Assembly: GCA_965116875.1 (NCBI GenBank)
Contig: OZ220733.1
Span: 224,001-288,000 of the forward strand
Source: Candidatus Latescibacterota bacterium
Lineage (GTDB): Bacteria > Latescibacterota > UBA2968 > GCA-2709665
Direction: 5' to 3'
Length of the DNA stretch: 64,000 bases
The first letter of the stretch is position 1. Each line of letters begins with the position of its first letter. The notes beneath the pieces were generated by a model. That model ran no database searches, had not been told where the DNA came from, and was given only the letters and a program-made list of their open reading frames with translations. The position numbers and the translations under genes were made by a program. Shown piece by piece: positions 1 to 10,199 of this stretch.

Positions 1-130
1 TAATTGAAATCGGAGGGGCGTCCCTTGTGGGCGCCCCTGGACTATTCTGACCACTTGCCACCGGCCACTGCTTTTCGCCTTTGATCTTCTCTCTCTCCTC
101 ACTCCTCTTTTCTCACTCCTCGCCTGCTGC

Positions 131-3100
131 TCACTGAACGTAGAATCCGGTCTCTCTGTTGGATGTCAGCCCGCTGTTCAGATCGGTTACGTCGATTTCC
201 AGAATATACTGTCCGGGTTTTGTGGACTTCAGATCCAGCTCCATGTACACCTCTTCCGATTCCGAATTGCCGATCTGCTCGTATCCAACTGCAAGTTCCT
301 GCTTCTTGCCGGTGAGCACACGTACCAATTGCGAGACGACCCCTCTGGCCTTCCGCCCCTGGACGCCCTTGGGTCGAATGGTATACCCCACCTTGTACCG
401 GGTCTGCCCGAATTCGTCTCTCCTCAGGTGGTAGATCTCATAGTAGACGAATACGCCCTGGTTCCTGCCGAACGTACGCGTAGGAATCGGTATTACGTGG
501 AGACCGCCCTTCCTGAATTTCCCCGCTTCGTCGGACTCCGCTACCGAATACGCCAACTGCAACTCACTCAACTGCAGGAATTCCCTGTCGTAGTTGTCGA
601 TGACCACTTCCTGGCGGTACCTGCCCTGCCTTCCGGACAACCTGTCCCTGACCTGCACCTCCATCCTGTACGTGCCTGGGGGGACGTACAGACCCACCAG
701 GTCGGGGACAAAGCCGCCGCGCATGCCTGTCAGGTCGCCGCCTCCGCGGAATACCAGGTTGCCCTGTCTGCGATAGACCGCGCCGGTACGGGGGTTGTTC
801 AATGCCACGGAACGTTCCAGAAACATCTCGGTTTCGTCGTCGTCCCGCGAGTACTTGCCCAGTGTGTAAGGCGCGCCGAAATACACCTCCAGAACGGACC
901 CGGCCCCCGGGTCGTCCTCCCTGAAGTTGGCCAGATCGTAATAGAACTCCAGCGGCAATTTGTTCTCGGGCGGCTTGTAGTAGTCCGGCGTCACGAGGGA
1001 CGCCTGTTTGGCCACGGACCGTGGATTGAACTGGTTGAACCGCGCCAACTGCTGCATGGGTATGCGCACGTCCATCGGCGGAGGGGCGTAATCGAACTCG
1101 CCGCGCATGTGCTCGTCGGTAAAGGTAATTTCAATTCCGCCATTCACGTCTGTATAGACCCAGACTTCCCACGGAACCATCGAGGCGTCGTCCTGGGAGG
1201 TTACGGCCTTGAATGCAAAATCGTTTCGGGTGTCACCCACCGCCAGGGCGCCCTCATTCATCTGGACATTCTCGAACCGAAGCAATTCCAGGGAAGCATC
1301 CGAAACCTCGTTGTCCGCGGTAATGCCCGATTCGAATGTGATGCCCGTCCGCTGGTTCTGGCCGCCGGAAACCACCCGCGCGGCCTCGGTGTTACGGTCG
1401 GCGATGCTGAGATCCGCGACCTGCCGGTCGGCGGCGAACCCGTCGCCCAGGTTGGCGCCACCGCTGAGATTGGCTTTCAGGCTGCGAACCGCGTACACGG
1501 GCCCGCCCATGAAGGTCATCTGCAGGGCAGCCTGTCCGTACATTTGCCGGGCAATGCGTTCCCGGACCCGCTGCACCTTCAGGCTCTGGTTGTAATTCTT
1601 CATGTCGGAAGTTGACCGGTAATCGGGTTCCCCGAACCGGATGTACACCTCGCCCCGCCGGTCCCACGGCTGCTTGCCGTTCGAATAGGCGCCGAGCGCG
1701 TACCACACCCGCCGGTAGTGTTCCAGCAGACGCTCGTTAATGGTCGTGGTCAGGTCCGGATCGTGCGCCGACCAGAACCGCTTGACCAGTTCGACGCGGT
1801 CCGAACCGTGGGCCTGTTCATAGGCCTCGCGTTCCTCACCGGACATCAGCAGGACCGGATCGCGGTACAGCGCCTGCTCGTGGGGTGTGGCCGCCTGCAG
1901 GTACTCTCTGAAATACCGGTCCGCCCACTCCAATCGTCCCAGCTGTACGCACGCCTGGGCCAGCACGGCCATTACGCCGGTTTCATCCGGATTTTCGTGG
2001 ACGTAATCTGTAAGAAGATTCACGATCCGTTCATAGTTCCGGGACCGCAGATATACCGCGGCCAGGCGCTTCCGTCCCTCCGGATCCTCCGGTTTCAGCG
2101 TCATGTATCGCGCGTAGAGAAGCGCCGCCCGTTCGAAGTCCTCCTCGTGGACCTCGTACCATTCTCCAAGCAGCAGGTAGGCCGGCGCATATGTTGGATC
2201 TATATCGATGACTTTCTCAATGTCGTATTTCGCGTCGTGCTCCCTCAGGCTGCGGCGAAGCCGGGCGATGTTGAAGCGCGCCTCCAGGTAGTCACGGTTG
2301 TACTGCAGCGCCTTTGTATAGAATCGGATCGCGTCGTACCGGGCCTTCGGACGCTTTTCGTAAACCAGACCCAGCCCGTTATACGCTTCGGACAGCCTGT
2401 GATCCAGCCGAACCGCGCGCTCGAACGAACGCAGTGCTGCATCGGGATTCCTGGACTTCAAATAGGCGTATCCCAGCCGGGAATGCCCGCGCGCTGATCC
2501 GGGCGCCATCAGCGTGACCACCTGCAGCACCGGCACGGACGCCGCCGGCGCCGTTTCCAGCACCCGGCTGCCCACGTCCAGCAACGAATCGACCTGTACT
2601 TTTCCGGCGGCCCTGTCCACCACGTCGAAACCGTCCCCGTGGCGGACAAGCTCCAACAGCCGCCCACGGTGATAGGGACTGATCACCATTGCCTCGCCGT
2701 CTGCGGCGCCAGATCGATAGAAATAGCTGACGGTGCGTTGCTCCCGATCTTCAGGAGACCGGAACACCTGTTTGAGGATCCGTTCCTCCGCTTCGTCCAA
2801 TCCGCCAGCGCGAGCAGATGCCATCAAGACCTGCAGGTTGACAGGCGAATTGCCGTTATGAAGTCGCCGGTACTCCCGGATCATCTCACCGATCGCGGAG
2901 AGATTCTCCCTGCCCACCCACCGGGCGCCTTCGGACGCCGCCATCCGAGATCTACCGGCCAACATTTTCGCGTAAGCCATTGCCGGCTTCGAATAAAGCA
3001 GGTGTTCCCTCCCAAGTGCCTCGAATTGCTGGGCCGCATCCCGATAGAGACGTTGTGCCTGGCGAAAATCCCACCGATGCAGGGCCGCGTAGGCCATTTT

Positions 3101-3658
3101 CACGGTCATCATCGCCTTCTCAACGCCCGAGAGAGAGCCGTTGGGCCCATTGCGCGGATCCCCGTTCCGTGCGGATTCCCAAACAACGTCGAGGTATCCG
3201 AACTCGACTTCCCCCGGACGCCGGACCACCGTGCCGTTGACCATCACCTCCCAGACCTGGCTGTCCACCATCGGCACCGCCGCCTGACCCAGCCCGGAGA
3301 GACGATAGTCCCGCAACGGGCGGTCCTTGTAGAACAGCCGCCTCCCGTCCGCGGTCCAGCCCAATTGTCCCGGCGGGCCCGGAAAGGCGCCCAGTTTGTG
3401 CTGGTTTCCTGCCGTATCCGCGGACCAGATCTCGGTCAGAGCCGCCTGCCCGTTTTCGTAGGAAGCTGTCCAGATCCGCCGGTTATCGGACTCTGCCTGG
3501 CCCGGCATCGCGACTCCCGCCAGGAACCACCAGGCAGTGAATACACGCAATGCAATTGGACCGAAGTCTGTTTTTCCTGGGCCCCGCACGACCGGCTCCT
3601 CCCCGAATTTTCGGGGTCTGGTGTGACGCGAGGAATAACCAATTTTAATGGCCATCAT
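131..3658 (-). CDS. GWxTD domain-containing TPR protein (paralogue 1)
   Basis: 1175-aa ORF with TPR repeats (AHSRLGYAYLK..., AYNGLGLVY...), a GWxTD-type block FWSAHDPD...EHYRRVWYA...PWDRRGEVYIRFGEPD and C-terminal Ig-like domains (VFVYYEIYHL). The true start may lie further inside the ORF. Confidence 0.85.
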   Translation of the reverse strand: MMAIKIGYSSRHTRPRKFGEEPVVRGPGKTDFGPIALRVFTAWWFLAGVAMPGQAESDNRRIWTASYENGQAALTEIWSADTAGNQHKLGAFPGPPGQLGWTADGRRLFYKDRPLRDYRLSGLGQAAVPMVDSQVWEVMVNGTVVRRPGEVEFGYLDVVWESARNGDPRNGPNGSLSGVEKAMMTVKMAYAALHRWDFRQAQRLYRDAAQQFEALGREHLLYSKPAMAYAKMLAGRSRMAASEGARWVGRENLSAIGEMIREYRRLHNGNSPVNLQVLMASARAGGLDEAEERILKQVFRSPEDREQRTVSYFYRSGAADGEAMVISPYHRGRLLELVRHGDGFDVVDRAAGKVQVDSLLDVGSRVLETAPAASVPVLQVVTLMAPGSARGHSRLGYAYLKSRNPDAALRSFERAVRLDHRLSEAYNGLGLVYEKRPKARYDAIRFYTKALQYNRDYLEARFNIARLRRSLREHDAKYDIEKVIDIDPTYAPAYLLLGEWYEVHEEDFERAALLYARYMTLKPEDPEGRKRLAAVYLRSRNYERIVNLLTDYVHENPDETGVMAVLAQACVQLGRLEWADRYFREYLQAATPHEQALYRDPVLLMSGEEREAYEQAHGSDRVELVKRFWSAHDPDLTTTINERLLEHYRRVWYALGAYSNGKQPWDRRGEVYIRFGEPDYRSTSDMKNYNQSLKVQRVRERIARQMYGQAALQMTFMGGPVYAVRSLKANLSGGANLGDGFAADRQVADLSIADRNTEAARVVSGGQNQRTGITFESGITADNEVSDASLELLRFENVQMNEGALAVGDTRNDFAFKAVTSQDDASMVPWEVWVYTDVNGGIEITFTDEHMRGEFDYAPPPMDVRIPMQQLARFNQFNPRSVAKQASLVTPDYYKPPENKLPLEFYYDLANFREDDPGAGSVLEVYFGAPYTLGKYSRDDDETEMFLERSVALNNPRTGAVYRRQGNLVFRGGGDLTGMRGGFVPDLVGLYVPPGTYRMEVQVRDRLSGRQGRYRQEVVIDNYDREFLQLSELQLAYSVAESDEAGKFRKGGLHVIPIPTRTFGRNQGVFVYYEIYHLRRDEFGQTRYKVGYTIRPKGVQGRKARGVVSQLVRVLTGKKQELAVGYEQIGNSESEEVYMELDLKSTKPGQYILEIDVTDLNSGLTSNRETGFYVQ

Positions 3659-3888
3659 ATTACAATAAGAAATATGGAGGCAAATTCAAAACTGATTTTA
3701 GGCCTGTTGTGAAAACCGGACTCGACTCTGACTTGGTCAATGCGTCTGAATTTGATGTTTTACAACAGGCTGAATTACGTTTCCTGGACCGACGACAAGC
3801 GATCATTCTCCCGACCAATCCTTCCACTTCAATGTGTTCATTCATAGCCAGTGGTGTGCTTGTCAGCGCGAACTTGCCGAAACGTGGT

Positions 3889-3953
3889 CATTGAGCATGC
3901 CTGCATTGAGCTCGGTCCCTGAGCCTGTCGAAGGGTGTCGAAATGTCGAAATG
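3889..3953 (-). repeat. Nested mini-palindrome cluster (NNN-TTCGACAGGCTCA-N'N'N' units)
   Basis: The minus strand reads catttcga catttcgaca cccttcgacaggctcaggg accga gctcaatg caggcat gctcaatg: three left halves followed by three right halves. Confidence 0.7.
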
Positions 3954-4021
3954 CCCGCGTTTCGCTACCCATTGACTCATCCACAAACTCAGGAATCGAA
4001 AGCTCAGGATCCACCGTTTAG

Positions 4022-4211
4022 CCTTAATTCCGCAAAAGCCGCAACGCGGCACCGCGACGAAACCTTTCGAAACGGGCCGAAATGGTCGTCATGAAGGACA
4101 TTTTTTCCGTTCACGTACAGTGTCCTGGTGTATCCTGGTAATCAGCAGTTAAATCGCCTTTTTAACTGACACATATTCGAATTAACGTCCTCGAAAAATG
4201 AGGAATCAAGG
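4022..4211. mobile_element. 190-bp MITE with IS1380-like ends (copy 1)
   Basis: Terminal IRs CCTTAATTCCGCA / CCTTGATTCCTCA; TTAG direct repeat on both sides (4018-4021, 4212-4215). Homologous copies lie at 37878 and 41413, and the left end matches the IS1380 end at 18801. Confidence 0.85.
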
Positions 4212-4226
4212 TTAGCTTCTTTAGTA

Positions 4227-4290
4227 CCCTTCGCCGACCCTTCGACCCTTCGACAGGCTCAGGGACCGCAAGCTCAGGGAGCGGCTCAGG
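4227..4290 (+). repeat. Nested mini-palindrome cluster
   Basis: cccttcg..cccttcg.cccttcgacaggctcaggg..caagctcaggg..gctcagg. The inner 24 bp (4245-4268) is a perfect inverted repeat of 3913-3936. Confidence 0.7.
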
Positions 4291-4404
4291 TTGCACGCCA
4301 CGGCACCTAAGCCTGCCGAAGGATGCGATCCACGCGAATCATTGACCGGACCTCAAAGATGTATTTCGGGGTCATAACGCGACATTCCGGTCTCGTCCGC
4401 GAAC

Positions 4405-6372
4405 CTACTGGCGCGCCAACAACCGAATTCGGCGACGGGCTTCGGATAGCGCCTTTGGATCGCCCCGCCATTGCTTCAGAAACGCGCGGTAGGCCGCGAT
4501 CGCATCCTCCGACTGTCTCAGGTCCTCAAGCACCGTACCCAGGTTGAAAAACGCCTTTACGTCGCCCAGCGCCGCGGACCTGCGATAGGCCGCCGCGGCC
4601 TCCTCCGGCTTGCCCGTCTTCTCAAGGGCCACACCGAGGTTGAAGTGAGCCTCGCTATCCTTCGGCAGCAGGACAGCCGCCTGCCTGAATCCTTCGGCGG
4701 CTATCGCCGGTTTGCCGGCGCGCATGGCCGTCACGCCCAGATTCATCCATGCCTCTGCATATTGCGGGTCCAGACCCACGGCCTTCCGATACGCCGCGAC
4801 CGCCGGTCCAAAGGAACCTTTCACGCCGTACGCGTTGCCCAGGTTGTTATAGGTCATGGCCTCTTCCCGGATGGACAGCGCCCGTCGAAAGGCCAGAATT
4901 GCCTGATCCATCAGTCCCCGCTCGGCATGCACCTGACCCACTGCCTGGTGCATCTTGGCGCTCTCCGGGTATGCGCTGGCTGCACTCGAAAACAGGCTGA
5001 GTTCGTCTCTCCAATCTTCGTTTCGCGCCACCGTACGCGCGGCATACCCGATGCATACGAGACCCGCCGCGACAACGACGCCGAACCCGAACCTCCGGTA
5101 CAGCCACTCTGTTCCGATCCCGGCCATCGCGAATACACCGAGCACGGGGATATACAGGAACCGTTCCTGGACCATCGAGTTCAGCAGCACAAGGATCTGC
5201 GACACCCCCAAATAGGGAACCCAGAAAAGCGCTCCACAGAAAAACAGATTCGGCCACCTTTCCAGCGACCGCACCCACAACCACAGTCCCGAAAGCCCCA
5301 ACGCCAGTCCCGCAAACACGTCGGGCGCCAAAAGTGAATGGGCAACCGGAATCGCATTGTACGAGTAGTCCACGGAAAGCCGCCACGGCAAAATGAGAAG
5401 CATTGCATAGTGCCAGAAGATCCTCCCGGCGGTCAGAATGCGTGCCTCAACCGGTGCGCCATAGAGCGGATTCACCAGTTCCGTCATCCCGCCGGGTGTA
5501 AAGCCGACCCCCGCCGCGGTGTTGCGCACAACCAGACAGATCGCGAAACCGCCCGCGAAGCCCAGCCACCGTGGCCATCTTGTCCGGCAGACGTACAGAA
5601 TGCTACTGAAAACCCCCTCCCCCCGCGGTTCTCCCCCCGATCGGGCCGGATCCGACGTAGACGGACCTCTCCTTGGACCATTCTCGTCCGATGAATTCCC
5701 GTCCCTTGCGCGCCCCATCCCAACCGCAAGGTCATATACGACAACCAGGCCCAACAGCGCGAGTGCGCTCTCCTTGCTGAGCAATCCAAAGAAGAAAGCG
5801 ACGAGGGAGAGGAGATAGTCCCACCGTGAACCGGATCGACGCATGTAAAACAACAGGCCCGTCAGCAAAAAAGCGCCGGCGAGCAGGTCGGACCGGCCGA
5901 ACGTCACGCCCGCGGCCACTTCCGAGTGGATCGGATGTACGGCAAACAGCAGGCCTGCGAGCCCCGCCGCAAAACGGCTCAGGCCCACGCGCCTGCACAC
6001 CATCCACGCCAGCAGGCTGCAACACACGTGAAGAAGCAGGTTGGTCAGATGAAACCGAAACGGGCTAATGCCTCCAAGGGCGTCCAGCAGAAACGTCAGC
6101 ACCGTCAGGGGACGGTATTGCCCGGTTTCGTTTCCTGGATAACCCGCCCAGTAGTGGGTGGTGAATACGCTCCCGAAATCCATCCGCTCCACGATCCAGC
6201 TTCGCACAATGAGAAACTGGTCGTCGTAAACCAGCCCGTTGTCCAGGGCGTTGGCATAAACCGCAAACGCCGCGACGCCCACCAGAACGGGCCACGCCCA
6301 CGTGTACTTTCCATCCGCGCCGGCGGCCCTAAACGTAGGCGCCTTGTGTTTACGGGAATTGCGTTTCGCCAT
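4405..6372 (-). CDS. TMTC-like GT-C membrane glycosyltransferase with C-terminal TPRs
   Basis: Motifs YANALDNGLVYDD, QYRPLTVLTF, LFAVHPIHSEVA, GRSDLLA, LLSKESA, LSVDYS, ERFLYIP and RNEDWRDE; many TM helices; TPR tail. Confidence 0.85.
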   Translation of the reverse strand: MAKRNSRKHKAPTFRAAGADGKYTWAWPVLVGVAAFAVYANALDNGLVYDDQFLIVRSWIVERMDFGSVFTTHYWAGYPGNETGQYRPLTVLTFLLDALGGISPFRFHLTNLLLHVCCSLLAWMVCRRVGLSRFAAGLAGLLFAVHPIHSEVAAGVTFGRSDLLAGAFLLTGLLFYMRRSGSRWDYLLSLVAFFFGLLSKESALALLGLVVVYDLAVGMGRARDGNSSDENGPRRGPSTSDPARSGGEPRGEGVFSSILYVCRTRWPRWLGFAGGFAICLVVRNTAAGVGFTPGGMTELVNPLYGAPVEARILTAGRIFWHYAMLLILPWRLSVDYSYNAIPVAHSLLAPDVFAGLALGLSGLWLWVRSLERWPNLFFCGALFWVPYLGVSQILVLLNSMVQERFLYIPVLGVFAMAGIGTEWLYRRFGFGVVVAAGLVCIGYAARTVARNEDWRDELSLFSSAASAYPESAKMHQAVGQVHAERGLMDQAILAFRRALSIREEAMTYNNLGNAYGVKGSFGPAVAAYRKAVGLDPQYAEAWMNLGVTAMRAGKPAIAAEGFRQAAVLLPKDSEAHFNLGVALEKTGKPEEAAAAYRRSAALGDVKAFFNLGTVLEDLRQSEDAIAAYRAFLKQWRGDPKALSEARRRIRLLARQ

Positions 6373-6514
6373 GTGTTCTTTCAATTCACCCGGGCGCCCC
6401 TACAACGTCAGGACCCGTTATCGGGAGTCAACGAGAATCGATGAGTTTGCACAGATCAGGCGTCATGCGAAATAGGGTCGTTGGGCTGGTACCTTCATAG
6501 CATCGAGCAAAATG

Positions 6515-6562
6515 AAAAAAGAACGGGCGGCGTCCGGGCTCAGAGTCCCGGTCGCCGCCCGT
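6515..6562 (-). terminator. Rho-independent terminator after the PorV-like gene
   Basis: Stem acgggcggcg...cgccgcccgt followed by a T-tract on the minus strand (aaaaaa at 6515-6520). Confidence 0.7.
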
Positions 6563-6632
6563 CGGTTCATACGCCGACAAAGCGCCGGATTACGTCAGAT
6601 TCGATGGTCTCCAACGCCTTGAAAAGCCAACG

Positions 6633-7625
6633 TTAGAACGTGCCTCCCACGGAGACGCGAATCGGTGGATCGAACATAACGACACCGTCGTTCTTCTGCA
6701 ACAGCGATACCGCTACGTCCGCAGTGACCGTGCGTCCCCCGAACGTCTGCTTCAGCCCGGCGCCCACCGCGATGCTCTCGAGGTCGTAGTTCCACTTCCA
6801 ACCGGCGCGCAACGCGAGCGCATTCTGCAGCCACAACTCGGCGCCGAAGTGCCACCGCTGCTCGAAGTCCACGAAGAACGCGCTCTCCACCGAGGCGGTG
6901 AGGTAGGACGGATCGCCCTTTTCGCCGTATACTTCGGCAGCCACGCCGATATTATAGACGAGCGGCAACAGGTATGCCCGGTCGCCCGATTTGCGGTCAG
7001 GACCGAAATTCTTGAACGCCATTGCAATACGAAGGCTTCTGAAGCCCGTATAGAAGAAACTGCCCACGTCCACCGTGAAGCCCGTGGTCTTTACCGTGTA
7101 GAGCTTCTCCTGGACGTAATTCGCCTTGGCGCTGAACGAGAACTTGTCGGTGAACTTGATCGCATACAGCAGACCGACCGAGATATTGTGTACGACCACG
7201 TCCTGCCCGGTTCCGTTGGGCTGATAGATCGTGGTTTCCTTCGACGGCTTCGGGTTGTGGGACACAACGGTCAACCCCAACACCTCGCCCCTGGCGGAAC
7301 GCGTATTCCAGACAGCAGACGCCGAATAGAGCTGGGTGTCGAGCAGGAAGCGCGTCCAGTTCAACTGGTAGGCCACGCGTTCCACGTGTACGAGCCCCGC
7401 GCCGTTCCAGAAGATCGCGTTGATGTCGTCCGCTACCGCGGTATACGCGTCGCCCATAGCCACCGCGCGGGCGCCCTGGCCGATCTTGAGGAACTGCATC
7501 CCGGAGATATTGACTTTCTTGACACCGTACTCACCGGTCACCCCGCCCCACTTCACGGCCAAAGCCGGTGAAGCGGCAAGCAGCAGGGCCAAGACCGACG
7601 CAATGATTAGCATGCTTCTTTTCAC
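6633..7625 (-). CDS. PorV/PorQ (UPF0164)-family outer-membrane beta-barrel protein
   Basis: Signal peptide, then FLKIGQGARAVAMGDAYTAVADDINAIFWNGAGL typical of this family; amphipathic strands; terminal Phe. Confidence 0.85.
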   Translation of the reverse strand: MKRSMLIIASVLALLLAASPALAVKWGGVTGEYGVKKVNISGMQFLKIGQGARAVAMGDAYTAVADDINAIFWNGAGLVHVERVAYQLNWTRFLLDTQLYSASAVWNTRSARGEVLGLTVVSHNPKPSKETTIYQPNGTGQDVVVHNISVGLLYAIKFTDKFSFSAKANYVQEKLYTVKTTGFTVDVGSFFYTGFRSLRIAMAFKNFGPDRKSGDRAYLLPLVYNIGVAAEVYGEKGDPSYLTASVESAFFVDFEQRWHFGAELWLQNALALRAGWKWNYDLESIAVGAGLKQTFGGRTVTADVAVSLLQKNDGVVMFDPPIRVSVGGTF

Positions 7626-7650
7626 GTCATTTCCTCCTAGTTTGAGCCCG

Positions 7651-10140
7651 CTACTTGATCAGCACGAAGCTGCCTTTTCGGGTCTCTCCGCCGGACACAA
7701 CGACAAAATAGTACAGACCGGTCTGCACTTCGCCGGCGATATTGAACGTGATCTGCCGAAACTCGGTCTCACCCTTGGTGAGCGGGGTCCGGTCCGTGGT
7801 TTCAACGCGGTCGCCTGAGGCCGAGTAAATGTGAATGATCGCGTCTGAGGTCAGGCCCACGATGCGAAGGTTGCGGGAGTTGGGATACTGGTGCACGCCG
7901 TCAACGTAGTACGGGTTCGGCACGATGAGCACCTCATCCGGGAGGCCCGACAACAGGGCCTGGAACGGCTTGCGGTTGTCCCCGTCGTAGGTCCTGGCCG
8001 TGGAGGGGCCCCATCCACTTTCATACCCCCTCTTGATATTGGCCTGCACGCGCGCGCTGGGGATGTCGTCTATGGTCATCCCGCTGTTCCACGTGTACGA
8101 CTCCACGCCCCTGGCATACGGGCGGGCGGAGTAGAAGTAGGAAAAGCCTGCCGTGGTCTCCAGGTCCTCGTATTCATAGACGCCGTCGGCATTGATGCCC
8201 CATTCGCCCCGGGGCAGTCCCGCCGGATTGGTGGAAGATCCGCTCGAACCGTTTTCGATGATCCCGTACAGCTCCCAGGGACCCCATGAAAACCACTCGG
8301 ACTTGTACAGCCTGACCCCGAGGATATCCTGCTCGCCCGTATACGGGTTCACAGCGGACTCGGATTCCCTGCCCCACCGGATCAATTGCTTGGCCCTGGT
8401 GGAAGAGGTAAGGTTGTCGGGCGAAATGTACGCCTCGGTGGGCGAGGTGGGCACCTGGTAGTTGTTGTCATACACCCAATGGGCCAACTTCAGATTCTCC
8501 AGGGCGGCCTTCTCGCCGTCCGTCTTTATCTTCTGGATCTTGTTCTCGGGGCTGTCGCTGGACCGGTCCCACTTGATCAGCCCGATGTCCTGCTCGTTGG
8601 CGGGAATCGGCGCGAGCAAGGAAGGGTGCCCGGCGCCCCAGGAGAACACGAGCTTCACGGACTCATCCACGCCCACGTTGTAGGGCCCGTAAACCGTCAT
8701 GTCGTGGAACACCTTGCGCGTGGAAATGTCGCCCTCGTCCGGATTGGCCTGAAAACCCGTCGTTGTTATGACGCTGGCCAACTGCTCGGCGCTGTGCGTG
8801 GTATAGGTGGGATCGTCGAAGTCACCCGTGGAACGCGCCAGCCACCACTGGAACGAACGCGGCTGCATGTCTTCCCCGGGCTGCACGAATTTCCCGCGGT
8901 CGGCTTCGTTGAACGAGAACTTGCCCGCGTCGTCGGCATAGGCGAGCGGCGCCATGAAATAGGTGCTCGGCGCTCTTGGCTGGCCTTCCGTCTGCAGAAT
9001 GTTGTAGTTGGAGGGCACGATCGCCTTGAAGAACGGATCGCCCGTGTCGTCGTGCGAGGAAAACGGGTTGTCCGAGTCTCTCCGGATGACCGCGCGCATA
9101 TCCTCGCCCGCGAACGCGCCGTTCTGCGAGAATGCATTCGGATAGCCGTCGGCTTCCGTAAACCACAACGTATCGTCCATGCCGCGGGCATTGGACGCGT
9201 AGAAGTTCCACCCGAACTCCTCGAGAATGCCCATTGCCGTCATGGCGGCCACGTTCTTGAACGCGATGTAAAGGTTGTTGATGGGCCCCGGCGCTTCACC
9301 CACGCCGTCGCCATCGAAGTCGCCGATGTTCTTGAAGGTGAGGTCCACGATGTAGAAGTCGTCGAAATCCGGGTTGGACCAACTGTAGACGCGCCGCTGC
9401 ATCAGCAAACCGTTCTGCTTGTCGATCCACTGGGCGATGATCGTCTCTTCCGGAAGGTTCACGTCCACCAGGTTGTGCGCGCCCAGGTTGTAGTTGGCGA
9501 TGTGGGCCGGCGGTGTGCTAACCGGGTCCCAGTTGGCGCCGTAGATGCTGCCCCGATCGTCTTTGGTGACCCCCGGCCAGTAATTGGAGAGGGCACCCTG
9601 ATTATCCAGTTCCCCGGGAGAAATAGCGCTGTTCGGCGTCTCGGCGAGCTCCTGCAGCGGGTTGGGCTGCCCCCAGCTTTCCTCGGGATTGCCCAAGGGA
9701 TCGTAGGGGAACGCCTGGTTGTGTTCCACGATCTGCAGATTCTCACGAGGTCCGGTTACCGTAACGGTACCGGCGTCGGCGTTCAGGATCCAGATGCCCT
9801 CGCCGCCCGAAACCTTGTAGTCGTTGTACATCTGCGACTTCTGGTTGGACGTGAACTGGGAGAGCACGGCGCCGAACGAACCCGGGCCGTTGCCGTTCCA
9901 CGGATAGGCGTTGCGCCGGTAGCCGCGCCCCCACTCCTGGTTTCCGCCCATGCCGCCGATGTTGTTGTAGCTGTTGGAAATCAGCGACCTGAGGTTGTAC
10001 CTGCTGGAAATATTGTCGGGAGTGGCCTGCGCATCGACCGGGACTGGCTGAAATACAACCGCAACCAGCGCAAGGCAGGCGACTGCAACCAGCCCCTTAC
10101 CAATGAAATTCAATCGTTTCATATCCTTCTCTGCCTCCAT
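7651..10140 (-). CDS. Secreted protein with T9SS-like C-terminal sorting domain
   Basis: Signal peptide; C-terminus VLIVPNPYY...IHIYSASGDRV...VQTGLYYFVV...KGSFVLIK resembles a Por secretion CTD. The start may be MKRLNF, 6 codons in. Confidence 0.75.
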   Translation of the reverse strand: MEAEKDMKRLNFIGKGLVAVACLALVAVVFQPVPVDAQATPDNISSRYNLRSLISNSYNNIGGMGGNQEWGRGYRRNAYPWNGNGPGSFGAVLSQFTSNQKSQMYNDYKVSGGEGIWILNADAGTVTVTGPRENLQIVEHNQAFPYDPLGNPEESWGQPNPLQELAETPNSAISPGELDNQGALSNYWPGVTKDDRGSIYGANWDPVSTPPAHIANYNLGAHNLVDVNLPEETIIAQWIDKQNGLLMQRRVYSWSNPDFDDFYIVDLTFKNIGDFDGDGVGEAPGPINNLYIAFKNVAAMTAMGILEEFGWNFYASNARGMDDTLWFTEADGYPNAFSQNGAFAGEDMRAVIRRDSDNPFSSHDDTGDPFFKAIVPSNYNILQTEGQPRAPSTYFMAPLAYADDAGKFSFNEADRGKFVQPGEDMQPRSFQWWLARSTGDFDDPTYTTHSAEQLASVITTTGFQANPDEGDISTRKVFHDMTVYGPYNVGVDESVKLVFSWGAGHPSLLAPIPANEQDIGLIKWDRSSDSPENKIQKIKTDGEKAALENLKLAHWVYDNNYQVPTSPTEAYISPDNLTSSTRAKQLIRWGRESESAVNPYTGEQDILGVRLYKSEWFSWGPWELYGIIENGSSGSSTNPAGLPRGEWGINADGVYEYEDLETTAGFSYFYSARPYARGVESYTWNSGMTIDDIPSARVQANIKRGYESGWGPSTARTYDGDNRKPFQALLSGLPDEVLIVPNPYYVDGVHQYPNSRNLRIVGLTSDAIIHIYSASGDRVETTDRTPLTKGETEFRQITFNIAGEVQTGLYYFVVVSGGETRKGSFVLIK

Positions 10141-10162
10141 TCGAAAGCACTGCGGAACAGAC

Positions 10163-10190
10163 GCGCCGGAAGCGAAACTGCTTCCGGCGC
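10163..10190. other. Intergenic hairpin between TBDR and CTD-protein genes
   Basis: gcgccggaagc-gaaact-gcttccggcgc perfect stem without a clear U-tract. Confidence 0.5.
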
Positions 10191-10199
10191 GCCATTTCC

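Noticed and set aside
15-125. Hairpin aggggcgtcc..gggcgcccct and a CT-rich tract
   Set aside because: Probably an ordinary REP or terminator-like element plus low complexity at the window edge; context is insufficient.
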